Assembly: GCA_019745975.1 (NCBI GenBank)
Contig: JAIESQ010000051.1
Span: 255 to 64,254, forward strand
Reading direction: 5' to 3'
DNA: 64,000 bases
Source of the DNA: Pirellulales bacterium
GTDB lineage: Bacteria > Planctomycetota > Planctomycetia > Pirellulales > JAEUIK01
Positions 20,061-29,479 of the stretch are shown piece by piece. Position 1 is the stretch's first letter. Every line of letters begins with the position of its first letter. Made by a program: the position numbers and the translations under genes. Under the pieces are notes generated by a model, which had not been told where the DNA came from, did not search any database, and saw only the letters and a list, made by a program, of their open reading frames with translations.

Positions 20061-21164
20061 CTAGCTCGGGCCGACGACAAGCGCTTCGGCAGCCGATGAT
20101 CCGGCAGCGACGTTGAAACTGCTGTTGCCGGTCGCGGCGGCCGCCGCCTGCTCAGCCGACGACTGGTTGCCAAACCGCTCGCGAATCACCTGGAACTCGG
20201 CTTCGGCCGACACAAAGGCCGCGACCACTTCAGGATCAAAGTGCTTGCCCGACTCGGCGACGATCATTGAGCGGGCGACCTCATGGGTGAGGGCCGGCTT
20301 GTACACGCGGCGCGACGTGAGCGCGTCGTAGACGTCGGCCAGCGCGACGATGCGGCCGACGAGTGGAATCTCTTCGCCGCGCAAGCCGCGCGGGTAGCCG
20401 GAGCCATCGAACCGTTCGTGGTGGGTAGCCGCGATATCGCGCGCCATCTGCAAGAACTTGGCGTGCGGATATTTCGACAGCGCGGCGCCTAGGGTCTCGG
20501 CGCCGAGCGTCGTGTGGGTCTTCATGATGGCGAATTCGCGCTCGTTGAGCTGGCCCGGCTTGAGCAGCACGCAATCGGGTACGCCGACTTTGCCGATGTC
20601 GTGCAGCGGACTGGTGAGGTAGATCAGCCGCACGAATTCGGGATTGACGGTGTGGCGAAACCCGTCGCGCAGCGCGAGGTGCTGCGCCAGGACTTTGGAG
20701 AAATTCTGCACGCGTTCGAGGTGCGCTCCGGTATCGCTGTCGCGCGATTCGGCCATCCGGGCCAGCGCGAAGATCGTGAGGTCGCGCGTCTCGAGGCCCA
20801 GCACGCGCTCGCCCGCGCGCACGCGCACGACGAGCTCCTCGGGATTGAACGGTTTGCCGATGAAATCGTCGGCCCCCGCGCGCAGGCCTTCGACCACCTC
20901 GCTGGGGCCATTGCGGCTCGTCAAGAGAATGACGTAGACGTAGGCCGACAAGTCGGCCGCGCGAATTGCCTGGCACAGTTCCGGGCCGCAGAGCCCTGGC
21001 ATCTCCCAGTCGGAAATAACCAGGCGGGTTTCGTCGCGGAGGATAATGTCTAGCGCGGTTTGCCCATCGCAGGCGGTCTGCACTTCGTGACCGGCGCTGG
21101 TCAGCGTGTGCTCGATGAACGCGCGCGTGACTTCGTCGTCGTCGACGACCAGAACGGGCTGCAT
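20061..21164 (-). CDS. Response regulator with an HD-GYP phosphodiesterase output domain
   Basis: The receiver domain reads MQPVLVVDDDEVTRAF...LVISDWEMPG...ILLTS. The HD-GYP domain shows HDIGKVGVPD and HHERFDGSGYPRGL. The start was chosen at the internal Met (CAT at 21162-21164). Confidence 0.9.
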   Translation of the reverse strand: MQPVLVVDDDEVTRAFIEHTLTSAGHEVQTACDGQTALDIILRDETRLVISDWEMPGLCGPELCQAIRAADLSAYVYVILLTSRNGPSEVVEGLRAGADDFIGKPFNPEELVVRVRAGERVLGLETRDLTIFALARMAESRDSDTGAHLERVQNFSKVLAQHLALRDGFRHTVNPEFVRLIYLTSPLHDIGKVGVPDCVLLKPGQLNEREFAIMKTHTTLGAETLGAALSKYPHAKFLQMARDIAATHHERFDGSGYPRGLRGEEIPLVGRIVALADVYDALTSRRVYKPALTHEVARSMIVAESGKHFDPEVVAAFVSAEAEFQVIRERFGNQSSAEQAAAAATGNSSFNVAAGSSAAEALVVGPS

Positions 21165-21508
21165 GGTCAACCGTGGGCGTGCGGGAGGGGGGTGGCGGGC
21201 GTTGCCAAGTTGGAAGGACGAGTACTCGAACCCTAGCACGCGCGTGGGCCGGTCGGAGCAGGGTTAATCGCGCGATCCGGCGCAAACTCCGGGGCCAGCA
21301 GCGGCGGGAGCAGATGTGCCAGTTTTGCCGGAGTTCGCGAGCCTGGTCCCGGAGTTGGGCCCCGGCAAGTCCGGGGCGCTCGGGGTGGATTAAAAATCCA
21401 TCTCGCTCGTGGCAACCGCCGTGGCCGGACCGTATAGTGAGCGCTCGGCGCCCACGGTTCCGGGGGGCCGGTGTGTTGGGGAACTCTCGCAGAACGAAAG
21501 ATGCCGCC

Positions 21509-22534
21509 ATGAAAACTCTCGCGCGCGTGTTGCTAGGTGGATTGATGATTGGACTCTTGGGGCCGGCTGTGGCCGTCGCCGAGGATAAGGTCACCCCGGT
21601 CGGCGACTGGCAGTTGGAAGTCGCCACGCCCGATGGCGTCGTGCTGAATCTCAAGGTGAACATCAAGCAGGATGGAGACAATTACAAAGGCACGATGGTC
21701 GGCGACGACGGAGTCGAATCCGAGCTCACCGATATCGCGTTCAAGGATGACGAGCTCAAATTCGCGCTGAGCCGCGACTTTGGCGGTCAACAACTGACCT
21801 CAAAGTTCACAGGCAAGCTCACGGCCGAAAAATTTGAAGGCTCGGTCGACTACGACATCGGCGGCCAGGCCGGCACGCTGGAGGTCACGGGCGGGCGTCC
21901 CAAGTTGGACCTCACTGGCACGTGGCTACTGGTTGCCACGAGCGAAGGGGGGGTGTTCGAGCCCAAATTGCACCTCAAGCACGACGGCGAGACGCTCGAG
22001 GGAAAGTACGAATGGAATGAAGACGTGACCGCCGAAATCAAGGACGGCAAGATCGTCGACGGCGAGATCACCTTCACCGTGACGCACGATTTCAACGGCG
22101 AGGAAATCGTCGTCAAGTACAAGGTGAAGCTCGACGGCGAGAAGCTCGCCGGCTCGGCCGATTACGATCTGGCGGGCCAGACGGGCACCGCCGAGATTGA
22201 AGGATCGCGCGGCAAACCGGTCAAAGTCGCCGGCACCTGGAACATCACCATTGCCGGCGAGAACGGCGAAACCTACGAGACGGTCGCCAAGCTGACGCAG
22301 GAAGGGGACGCGCTCTCGGGTACCTACGAAGGTCCCGCTGGCGAAGCCAAGATCTCCGACGCCAAGCTTGAAGGCAACAAGCTCAGCTTCGCCGTGGCGC
22401 GCGAGCGCGATGGCCAGAAACTGGTGCTCAACTACAAAGGAACGTTGGACGGCGACACCATGAAGGGGGAAGTCGAATTCGACTTCGGCGGTGAGACGCG
22501 CACCACGACGTTCGAAGCTAAGCGGGCCGAATAG
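21509..22534 (+). CDS. Secreted protein made of three tandem ~105-aa modules, function unknown
   Basis: The signal peptide is MKTLARVLLGGLMIGLLGPAVAVA. Three units follow, each starting G(D/T)W and sharing the pattern L.G....E......G..(L/I).F.......G......Y.(G/V)(K/T)L.G....G..(D/E)(Y/F)(D/-)..G. Confidence 0.6.
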   Translation: MKTLARVLLGGLMIGLLGPAVAVAEDKVTPVGDWQLEVATPDGVVLNLKVNIKQDGDNYKGTMVGDDGVESELTDIAFKDDELKFALSRDFGGQQLTSKFTGKLTAEKFEGSVDYDIGGQAGTLEVTGGRPKLDLTGTWLLVATSEGGVFEPKLHLKHDGETLEGKYEWNEDVTAEIKDGKIVDGEITFTVTHDFNGEEIVVKYKVKLDGEKLAGSADYDLAGQTGTAEIEGSRGKPVKVAGTWNITIAGENGETYETVAKLTQEGDALSGTYEGPAGEAKISDAKLEGNKLSFAVARERDGQKLVLNYKGTLDGDTMKGEVEFDFGGETRTTTFEAKRAE

Positions 22535-22559
22535 CGTCGGCAACTCGCCAAACAAGAAG

Positions 22560-22596
22560 GCCGGGTTCCGCAACTGATCGCGGTGCCCGGCTTTTT
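22560..22596 (+). terminator. Rho-independent terminator for the 21509-22534 gene
   Basis: GCCGGGTTCCGC-loop-GCGGTGCCCGGC forms the stem and is followed by TTTTT (22592-22596). Confidence 0.55.
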
Positions 22597-22603
22597 CATT
22601 GCC

Positions 22604-22645
22604 AAAAAAGCCGGCCGGACTCGCGTTCTTACCGCGAGCCCGGCC
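22604..22645 (-). terminator. Rho-independent terminator for flgM (minus strand)
   Basis: GGCCGGACTCGCG (22613-22625) pairs with CGCGAGCCCGGCC (22633-22645) with one mismatch. The plus-strand A6 (22604-22609) gives a U-run on the minus strand. Confidence 0.5.
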
Positions 22646-22718
22646 GCCCGTTTACTGACCCGGATTCGATCGGCCAGCGGCGGCACTACGATCGCCGCGC
22701 GGGGGCCACGAAGGAGCG

Positions 22719-22997
22719 TTACGCCAGTTCGTCGAGCAGGCGCTCGACCGCCTGATCGAGGCGCTGGCTGGTCTCGTACGTGCCATTGGCAATGGCAGCA
22801 CGCAACTCGGCGACGCGATCGGCGCGGACGTCAGGTAGGTCGTGCACTTGTTGTAACCGGTTGGCGACTTCGGAGATTTCGAGCTGATCGCCCCCCGCCG
22901 CGGGGCTGGCAACGCGCGGCGCCATGTCGGCTGGCGACATGTGCGGCTGGCGGATCGGCTGCGAACCATGAACCTGCGAAATACCGTCGATCTGCAT
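22719..22997 (-). CDS. flgM: Anti-sigma-28 factor FlgM
   Basis: The C-terminal region DVRADRVAELRAAIANGTYETSQRLDQAVERLLDELA is the FlgM signature as I recognise it. The start was chosen at MQIDGISQVHG. Confidence 0.7.
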   Translation of the reverse strand: MQIDGISQVHGSQPIRQPHMSPADMAPRVASPAAGGDQLEISEVANRLQQVHDLPDVRADRVAELRAAIANGTYETSQRLDQAVERLLDELA

Positions 22998-23913
22998 TTC
23001 CTTTACTCCCGCTTGAACGAGCGCTCGCAACGCCAGCGCGCCGCGCACAGCCAGTTGGCCAGCTTGGCGCCAGCGGTCAGTCGGCGAATTCCCCGCGACC
23101 ACCCGCTGGGCTTTGTCCTGCGCGGCTTTGTCGATCGCCCGGGGTTATTCCCTGCCCCGTGCGATTGGCCGATCGGCCGCGGTACTCAGTATCACCGCAA
23201 CACGATCGAGCAAGCCGCGACGAACCACGATGCTCGGTCAAAATGAGAAACTCGGCGAACGAAAGTTCGCGAACGATCGAGGCAGGATCGCAAAGAGCGC
23301 CAGCCGCCAACCGCGTTTGCGCGCCGCCTTGATAGCGACGCTGTCGAAACTGGGCAAACGCAGTCTGGTTGCTAGCTGGCTTGAGTCCCGCGAGCCAACT
23401 CTCTCGTTCAACTATACGACACAGCTTACCAGCACCGCATTCCGTGTCGTGTCCGACTTCGCGGGCTCCTGCAAAGGACACCCGTTTCATCGACTAGCGG
23501 CTGCCGGCGGTTCACTGATTTTAACCACGCCCGCAGAGCCTCGCACCACGCGTGCAAGTTCTCCTGGGGCTATCGACAAGTTGCCAACGTCGGTCTGCAA
23601 CAGGTACGCGGCCGAGGCGTCGCGGGTTCGATCGTTCTGGCGAGCACGTCTTGTCCGCGTGCGCCCGCCTGCGCCGTGGTCGGTTGCGCGGATTGTTTGG
23701 CGGCGCGTCGAAAACCGGCGACACGTTGTGCCCGGACAACACGCGTGAATTTTGCGGCCGCAGCGGTGGCGCGGGGGGAGTGTAGGCGGGGCCCGAAACT
23801 TGGGCAAGGTCAATTCAACCGCCGGAACCCGGTACAATCCGCAGGGTTCAATTGCCTGCCAGAACCTCGTGGGGAATCAACCGAACAGTCTCTCACTTTC
23901 AGGAGATGAACTG

Positions 23914-26220
23914 ATGGCTCGCTCGGTCATGCTGGTTGTAGCCGCTGGCGCACTGCTGCTAGCGCCGCAGGCTTGGGGAGACGAAGACAAGCCGTCCGAA
24001 ACGCCCACTGCGCCAGCGGTTGCGCCCGAGGGCGCGACTAGCGCCCCGGCCAGCGCCGAGGCGAACGAAGCGGGGGCCAGCCCCGAAGCCGAGGCCCACG
24101 CCGCCGCGGTCTTCGACCAGCTCGACGCCAACGACGACGGCCAGATCGCGGCCGGTGAAGTGCCCGACGAGCATCGCCGACTGTTTCGCCGGTTGCTGCG
24201 CACCTCGGACCGCGACGAGAACGAGCAATTGAGCCGCGACGAATTGATCGCCGGCCTGGCAGCAACCGCGGGGGACGAAGCTGCTGGATCGTCCGGACCC
24301 GGTCGTCCAGACGGTCCACGACCAGGCGGCCCGCGACGCGACCGGCCCGAGGGCTCGCCGATCGAGCGCTTTCGCCGCTGGGATGCTAACGGCGATGGCC
24401 GTGTAGTGCTCGACGAAGTTCCAGAGCAAGCACGCCCGTTCTTCGGCCGGATGCTCGAGCGATTAGATCGCGACGGCGACGACGCGCTGTCGAGCGAGGA
24501 GTTTCAAGCGGGAGCTGAAGCGCTCGCGCGGCGCGAAGGGGGGCGGGCCGGTCGCCGGCCCGAAGGACGTCCGGACGGCGGCAGGCCAGAGTTTCCTGGA
24601 CCGGGGCGCTTCGACCGTCCCAACGGTCCCATGCCGATGGGCGGACTGTTTCGTCTGTTCGACGCCAACGGCGACGGCGCGCTGGACGCCGCAGAGATCG
24701 ACGGTGTGGCGTCGGCCCTGCGCAAGCTCGACGGCGACGGCAATGGCCGGGTGACGGTGGATGAGCTGCGCGATCTCGCGCCGCCAGGTCCGCCACCGGG
24801 ACGAGGCGACGCGCAGCGCCCCGAGCCACCGCGCGAACCGGCCGACGTGCGTCGAAACGAACGACACGAACCCGACGCGTTGGTCGAGCGGCCCGATGAC
24901 ACGGGCTTTCCGCCGATCTCCTTTGCAATGGCCGACGATGACGACGGAGATGATGACGATGATGATGACGACGGGAAGAAGGAGGACGGCGACAAGAAGA
25001 AGTCGAAGAAGGAGAAAAAGCAGAAGGGCGATCGAAAGAAGCCCCACGAGCGGAAGCCGCACCATGGAAAAGGCCCTGGGCCTGGCGGGCCCGCCTGGGG
25101 ACATCATCGTGGCGGGCAGCCACACGGTTTTGGCTGGGGACATCCTGGATTCGGTCGCGGTCATTTCGGCCGCTCACCCGGTGGACATCACTTCGCAGGG
25201 CAGCACTGGGGATCGCCCGGCGGCCGCCACGAGGGTGGCCGAAGCGCTCACGCTCATGGTCCGCAGTTTGGCTCGCACCACCGAGGAGGTGAGGGGCCGC
25301 ATCCGTGGGCGCATGGTTGGCAGGGCCCCGGTCGAGGTGGCCCAGGTGCTCACTCGTTCGCACACCGTAGGGGGGAAGGGCCCGGCCCCTGGGGGCCGTC
25401 GCCGCTTCGGCCAGGCAGCTTCGGCTTGGCGCAACATCGATCGCAGGGTGACGTGCACTACCACTTCCACTTCGAGGGTGGTCACCACGGACATTACGCT
25501 CATCGCGTTCCTGGTCACAGTGGCCATCATCACCATGCCCACCACAGGCACGGCCATCAAGGTCACCATCACTTCGCGCATCATCGACACCACGGCCATC
25601 ATGGCCACTTTGCCCACCACCGGCATGATGCTCGACACCATCGGCATGGCGATCGACCCCAGGGCGACGGGCCGGGGAATCCACCACCTCCTCCGCCGCC
25701 AGGCGGTGAGGCCGGTCCTGCGCCTCCGCCACCTCCACCACCGCCGCCGGTTCCTCCGGGACGGCCAGATCGACCGCGCAGCGATGCGCGCGGCCCGCGA
25801 GGCGCCCCCGATCTCGATGCGGTCGTGAAGCGCATCTTGTCGACCGACAAGAACGGCGACGGCAAGCTCTCGAAGGATGAAGCCTCGGAGCGGCTGAAGG
25901 GCGCGTTCGACGAGATCGACGCCAACAAGGACGGCCTGATCGACGGCGAGGAGTTGAAAGCCCGGATGATGTCGCGCATGCGGCGCGGCCCACAAGCAGG
26001 GCCTGGCGGTCCCGATTTTCGTCGGGGTCCGCGTGAGCGACGGCGCGAGCGGGGACCGGATCGACCGCGTGAGGGACGCCCGCCTGAGGGCGGTCCTCCC
26101 GCCGAGCAATCCCAACCGGAAGGGACATCCGCTGACGTACCGGCAGGTGATCCCGCACAGCTAACGAGCGATCAGACAGCCGCCACGATGTGGCAGTTGT
26201 TCGTCGCGCCTTGGCTGTAG
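23914..26220 (+). CDS. Secreted EF-hand calcium-binding protein with an acidic / His-Gly-rich / poly-Pro low-complexity core
   Basis: AGGAGA lies 7 nt upstream of the ATG. The signal peptide is MARSVMLVVAAGALLLAPQAWG. There are eight D.D.(D/N)G....(D/E)E loops, six N-terminal and two C-terminal. The core (24931-25775) is described in the findings. Confidence 0.75.
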   Translation: MARSVMLVVAAGALLLAPQAWGDEDKPSETPTAPAVAPEGATSAPASAEANEAGASPEAEAHAAAVFDQLDANDDGQIAAGEVPDEHRRLFRRLLRTSDRDENEQLSRDELIAGLAATAGDEAAGSSGPGRPDGPRPGGPRRDRPEGSPIERFRRWDANGDGRVVLDEVPEQARPFFGRMLERLDRDGDDALSSEEFQAGAEALARREGGRAGRRPEGRPDGGRPEFPGPGRFDRPNGPMPMGGLFRLFDANGDGALDAAEIDGVASALRKLDGDGNGRVTVDELRDLAPPGPPPGRGDAQRPEPPREPADVRRNERHEPDALVERPDDTGFPPISFAMADDDDGDDDDDDDDGKKEDGDKKKSKKEKKQKGDRKKPHERKPHHGKGPGPGGPAWGHHRGGQPHGFGWGHPGFGRGHFGRSPGGHHFAGQHWGSPGGRHEGGRSAHAHGPQFGSHHRGGEGPHPWAHGWQGPGRGGPGAHSFAHRRGEGPGPWGPSPLRPGSFGLAQHRSQGDVHYHFHFEGGHHGHYAHRVPGHSGHHHHAHHRHGHQGHHHFAHHRHHGHHGHFAHHRHDARHHRHGDRPQGDGPGNPPPPPPPGGEAGPAPPPPPPPPPVPPGRPDRPRSDARGPRGAPDLDAVVKRILSTDKNGDGKLSKDEASERLKGAFDEIDANKDGLIDGEELKARMMSRMRRGPQAGPGGPDFRRGPRERRRERGPDRPREGRPPEGGPPAEQSQPEGTSADVPAGDPAQLTSDQTAATMWQLFVAPWL

Positions 26221-26281
26221 CGGCGTCGAGTTGGCGACGGGTCGACGCGATGCGCCCGGGCCGGTGCACGGTCGCCGGCTG

Positions 26282-27487
26282 TTACGGGCGCGTCGGTTCT
26301 GCCGCGGCACCAGGTCGGACGTGAACGGTGCGTCCGGCACGCTCATGTACTAACCCCGCGGAGCGGAGGGTTGCCGCGAGTAGTTCGTCGACCGTCGCCC
26401 GCTCGAGCTTGAGTGACACGAGGCGCTGGAGATTGATGCCAGCGGCCTCGATGGCGTCGCGGTCCAGCTCGATGGTCAGATTGAGGCGTTTGCCAAGCGT
26501 TTCGAGCACGAGATCGAGGGGCTTGCCCTCGACCGTGAACGAGTCGATGCGCGTCTTGGCGAGCACGTCATCCGGGCGGCCTCGGGGCGAGCGGCGCGGT
26601 CGAGGTTCTGTGCTCCGTGATTGTCGAGCGGCAGCGACCGCCGCATCCAATCGTTCGTGGTCTTCGAGTCGAGCGCGGACGACGATGTGTTGGCCGGCGA
26701 GCCGCAACTCGGCATCGGGGACGAGGTCGCTCCACTGCTCGAGTTGTGCCTGCGGATCGTTTCCGGTTGGATAGCTCCGCTCCAATACAACCGGCTGAGT
26801 AATCGGCACGAGTGTCGCGCCGCGCCCATCAGCGGCAATTTCGAGCGCGCGATCAAACTGGATGGCGACCAGCAGCAGCCGATCAACAAGCGGTAGCGGC
26901 GGCGTGGTCAGAGCCGGCCACAGATCGTGCGGCAGTTGATCGGCCCCTTTGAGCACGATCGCGCCATCGGTCGCCAGCTGTTCGAGCACCTGGCGCGGCG
27001 TTGCCAGTTCGGGCCAGCGGAGGGGGGCCGAGGCCAGCCACGCGCGACGGCGCGCGGGCGGCATCTTCGCGAGGCGATCGTGAAGCAGCGCCGAGAGCGT
27101 GCGAAGCTGCGTCGCACGCTCGACAGGGCCGATATACCCCACGTCGCCAAGCTCAGATTCCTGGCCATCGGCGGCCGTGGCGATCGCGTGCAATGCGTCG
27201 CCAAGTGGTGCGCCGGTAAAACCCAGCTTAAGTAGCCGATCGGGGTCGATTCGACGATCGAGAACGATTCCCACCTGTTGGCTGCGGCCCAGGTCGTCGA
27301 GGGCCTTTCGCAGTGGGATTCCGGCCCAAGCGATCGTCACTTCTCGCGTCCAAGGGGAGCGCGATCCAGAGGCCCGTGTCGCGTCGGCCGGCCGCTGGGC
27401 TGCGGCCAAACTGGTATTACCCGGCAGCGCCAACCAGAAGGCGAGCACCGCGACCGTGCCCAGGCGCGATGATCGGAAAGCCCGCAT
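26282..27487 (-). CDS. Hypothetical secreted protein (two STN-like alpha/beta modules, tentative)
   Basis: The signal-like N-terminus is MRAFRSSRLGTVAVLAFWLALPG. IAWAGIPLRKALDDLGRSQQVGIVLD and FTVEGKPLDLVLETLGKRLNLTIELD resemble the secretin/TonB N-terminal short domain pattern. The assignment is weak. Confidence 0.45.
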   Translation of the reverse strand: MRAFRSSRLGTVAVLAFWLALPGNTSLAAAQRPADATRASGSRSPWTREVTIAWAGIPLRKALDDLGRSQQVGIVLDRRIDPDRLLKLGFTGAPLGDALHAIATAADGQESELGDVGYIGPVERATQLRTLSALLHDRLAKMPPARRRAWLASAPLRWPELATPRQVLEQLATDGAIVLKGADQLPHDLWPALTTPPLPLVDRLLLVAIQFDRALEIAADGRGATLVPITQPVVLERSYPTGNDPQAQLEQWSDLVPDAELRLAGQHIVVRARLEDHERLDAAVAAARQSRSTEPRPRRSPRGRPDDVLAKTRIDSFTVEGKPLDLVLETLGKRLNLTIELDRDAIEAAGINLQRLVSLKLERATVDELLAATLRSAGLVHERAGRTVHVRPGAAAEPTRP

Positions 27488-27787
27488 CGTGCTCCTAACG
27501 CGTAGAACTGTCATTTTGGGCACTTAGCAACCCTGGGGAGATAGCCAAGTTCGCTTGCAGGCGGTTCGTGTGGCGCGGCTACGCGGGGTTCGTCGCCGGC
27601 CGAATTCCGCCTGGCGGGAGTGGACCGGGTTCTCGGGCAGTTCGGAGCTTTACCGTACTTCCCAGTTGCGCGCTTTTCCTTTGTGGCCTTTGCAAACTGC
27701 AATTACACTCGAAACTATGGTCGCCGCTGCGTGCCCACGAGCGGCTACTGTCGCTTCCATGGCCGTGAAATCGGGCCGTAGCTTCTT

Positions 27788-28474
27788 TTGTCGGGGGAAT
27801 GGCACGTGAGCGTGGGTGAGCGCGCGCCGGCGTTGGCCGGGTTCTATCAAGCATACCTGATCGATCAGAATACCGCAGTGTTCGTCAAAGCCGTGTCGCG
27901 CCGCTACAACTGCGGCACGCTCGAACGCCTGGCGTCGCATGCGCGTCGTGAGGTACGGCGGGCCGCGGCGCTGGCGATCGGCTTTATTGGCGATTACGAC
28001 TCGAACGCTGCGCTAGGCCGCTGCCTGGTCGACGAAGATCGGGCCGTGCGAACGATCGCCGAAAACGGCATCCGTTCGCTGTGGCGCCGCGTGGGCACGA
28101 GCCCCCAGCGCCAACAGCTCGCGGCGCTCGTGCGCCTCAACACGTCGCAGCGCTATCGCGAGGCCGTCGACGCCGCCACCGAGCTGATCAAGCGCCTGCC
28201 ATCGTTGGCCGAAGCCTGGAATCAACGTGCGATCGCGCATTACAACCTGGGGCACTACCAAGATTCGATCCGCGACTGCCACGAGACGCTCGAGCTGAAC
28301 CCGTATCATTTTGACGCCGCCACGGGCCTGGGTCAGTGCCATCTGCAAATGCACGACCAAATGGGGGCCTTGGAGAGCTTCCGCCGAGCATTGCGTTTGA
28401 ATCCTGGCTTGGAAGGGGTCCGCACTGGGATTGAGTATCTCGAGCGGGCGCTCAAGAAGAAGTCGGGCAGCTAG
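27788..28474 (+). CDS. HEAT-repeat / TPR-repeat protein
   Basis: The HEAT-like region is RREVRRAAALAIGFIGD...LVDEDRAVRTIAENGI. The TPR region is AEAWNQRAIAHYNLGHYQDSIRDCHETLELNPYHFDAATGLGQCHLQM...FRRALRLNP. The start is ambiguous (TTG 27788 or GTG 27806). Confidence 0.65.
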   Translation: MSGEWHVSVGERAPALAGFYQAYLIDQNTAVFVKAVSRRYNCGTLERLASHARREVRRAAALAIGFIGDYDSNAALGRCLVDEDRAVRTIAENGIRSLWRRVGTSPQRQQLAALVRLNTSQRYREAVDAATELIKRLPSLAEAWNQRAIAHYNLGHYQDSIRDCHETLELNPYHFDAATGLGQCHLQMHDQMGALESFRRALRLNPGLEGVRTGIEYLERALKKKSGS

Positions 28475-28493
28475 CCACAGCCGACGCGGCAGG

Positions 28494-29294
28494 CTAGTGG
28501 AGCGCCGGACCTGTCGTTGCTGCGCCCGCGTTCGGCTGGATCGGCGGCGGTGGCGCGAGCGCGGCGGTCGTGGGCGGGGGAGGCGGATAAACGGCGGCCA
28601 TGTTGGCGCCGGTCGGCGCCGTCTTCCCGTCGCGCGACGGCAACGGCAGCGTCTTGGCCAACCGGTGCCGCACGCCGGCGGCCAGCGACTCAGCCTCGCC
28701 CGTGGCGGTGTAGAGCTCTTCCGGCAGCGAACCGCTCTGTACCGAATTGGTTCCCAGGACGTCGAACTTTTTCAGGTCGGATCGAGCCAGCGCGCTGGCG
28801 ACGTTCATGATGGGGCGCTTGGTTTTGGTGTCGTAGGCCACCATCGAGAGCTTCGCGGTGCCGATCAAACGCGTGCGGCTGAACAGGGCCAGTCGCGGGA
28901 TGCTGATCGGCGACGGTGGCGGCAGCGGGATTTGCGGTACGCCGATGAACCATTCGGTGCGGTCGGTGCCGACCGCGCCGCTGGTCAACTCCAGGACGAC
29001 GTCGGCATCCTCGGGCTTGTCGACAAGCGTGGCGCCGGTCGCCAGAATGCGCTGGTGGACGGCGACAATGACGTAGTTCTTGTCGGTGCAATCGAGGTAC
29101 TTGGACTCGAGGAAGACTCGCGCCCCGGCCACTGGTCGAAAGTCGACCTTGGCCAAAGCTTTATCCGTCGCGGTCGAAATCAACAGTTGTTCGACGCCGG
29201 TGCGGGACGTGTCCGACTCTTTCATGGTGGCGCAACCGGTCAGGAGCACGCAAAACAGCGGTGCGGCAATCTGCCAGCTTGGGAAGCCCGTCAT
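28494..29294 (-). CDS. Hypothetical lipoprotein
   Basis: It has a lipobox LLTG-C after a hydrophobic N-terminus (MTGFPSWQIAAPLFCVLLTGC) and a Pro-rich C-terminal tail. Confidence 0.6.
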   Translation of the reverse strand: MTGFPSWQIAAPLFCVLLTGCATMKESDTSRTGVEQLLISTATDKALAKVDFRPVAGARVFLESKYLDCTDKNYVIVAVHQRILATGATLVDKPEDADVVLELTSGAVGTDRTEWFIGVPQIPLPPPSPISIPRLALFSRTRLIGTAKLSMVAYDTKTKRPIMNVASALARSDLKKFDVLGTNSVQSGSLPEELYTATGEAESLAAGVRHRLAKTLPLPSRDGKTAPTGANMAAVYPPPPPTTAALAPPPPIQPNAGAATTGPALH

Positions 29295-29479
29295 GGGGTA
29301 TCCTCATTCCCAGGTGTCGTGCCGCCGACGCGAACCGCTGCCTCATGGTGCGCGCAGGGGGCGATTAGGTATCGGCTAGGAAGAGTTTGCGGATCGAGGG
29401 AACTTTTTCGCCGCTGGCACTCGACCCGCTAGCATAAGGCGTTTCGTGACGGATCGGGTACGTCCTCGGTGGAGGCCGC

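Noticed and set aside
20281-21681. A 466-aa ORF on the minus strand that overlaps the response regulator gene out of frame.
   Set aside because: The translation is Arg/Pro-rich nonsense. The alternative frame gives clean receiver and HD-GYP motifs.
23618-23640. A GGGTTCGATCG T-loop-like string, with a second one (GGGTTCAATTG) near 23845, raised the possibility of tRNAs.
   Set aside because: The flanking bases cannot form a 5-bp T-stem or an acceptor stem, and no cloverleaf can be drawn.
24386-26269. A 627-aa ORF on the minus strand.
   Set aside because: It is antisense to the EF-hand/His-rich gene, with an extreme Arg/Ala/Pro composition. The sense frame has a signal peptide, an RBS and eight EF-hand loops.
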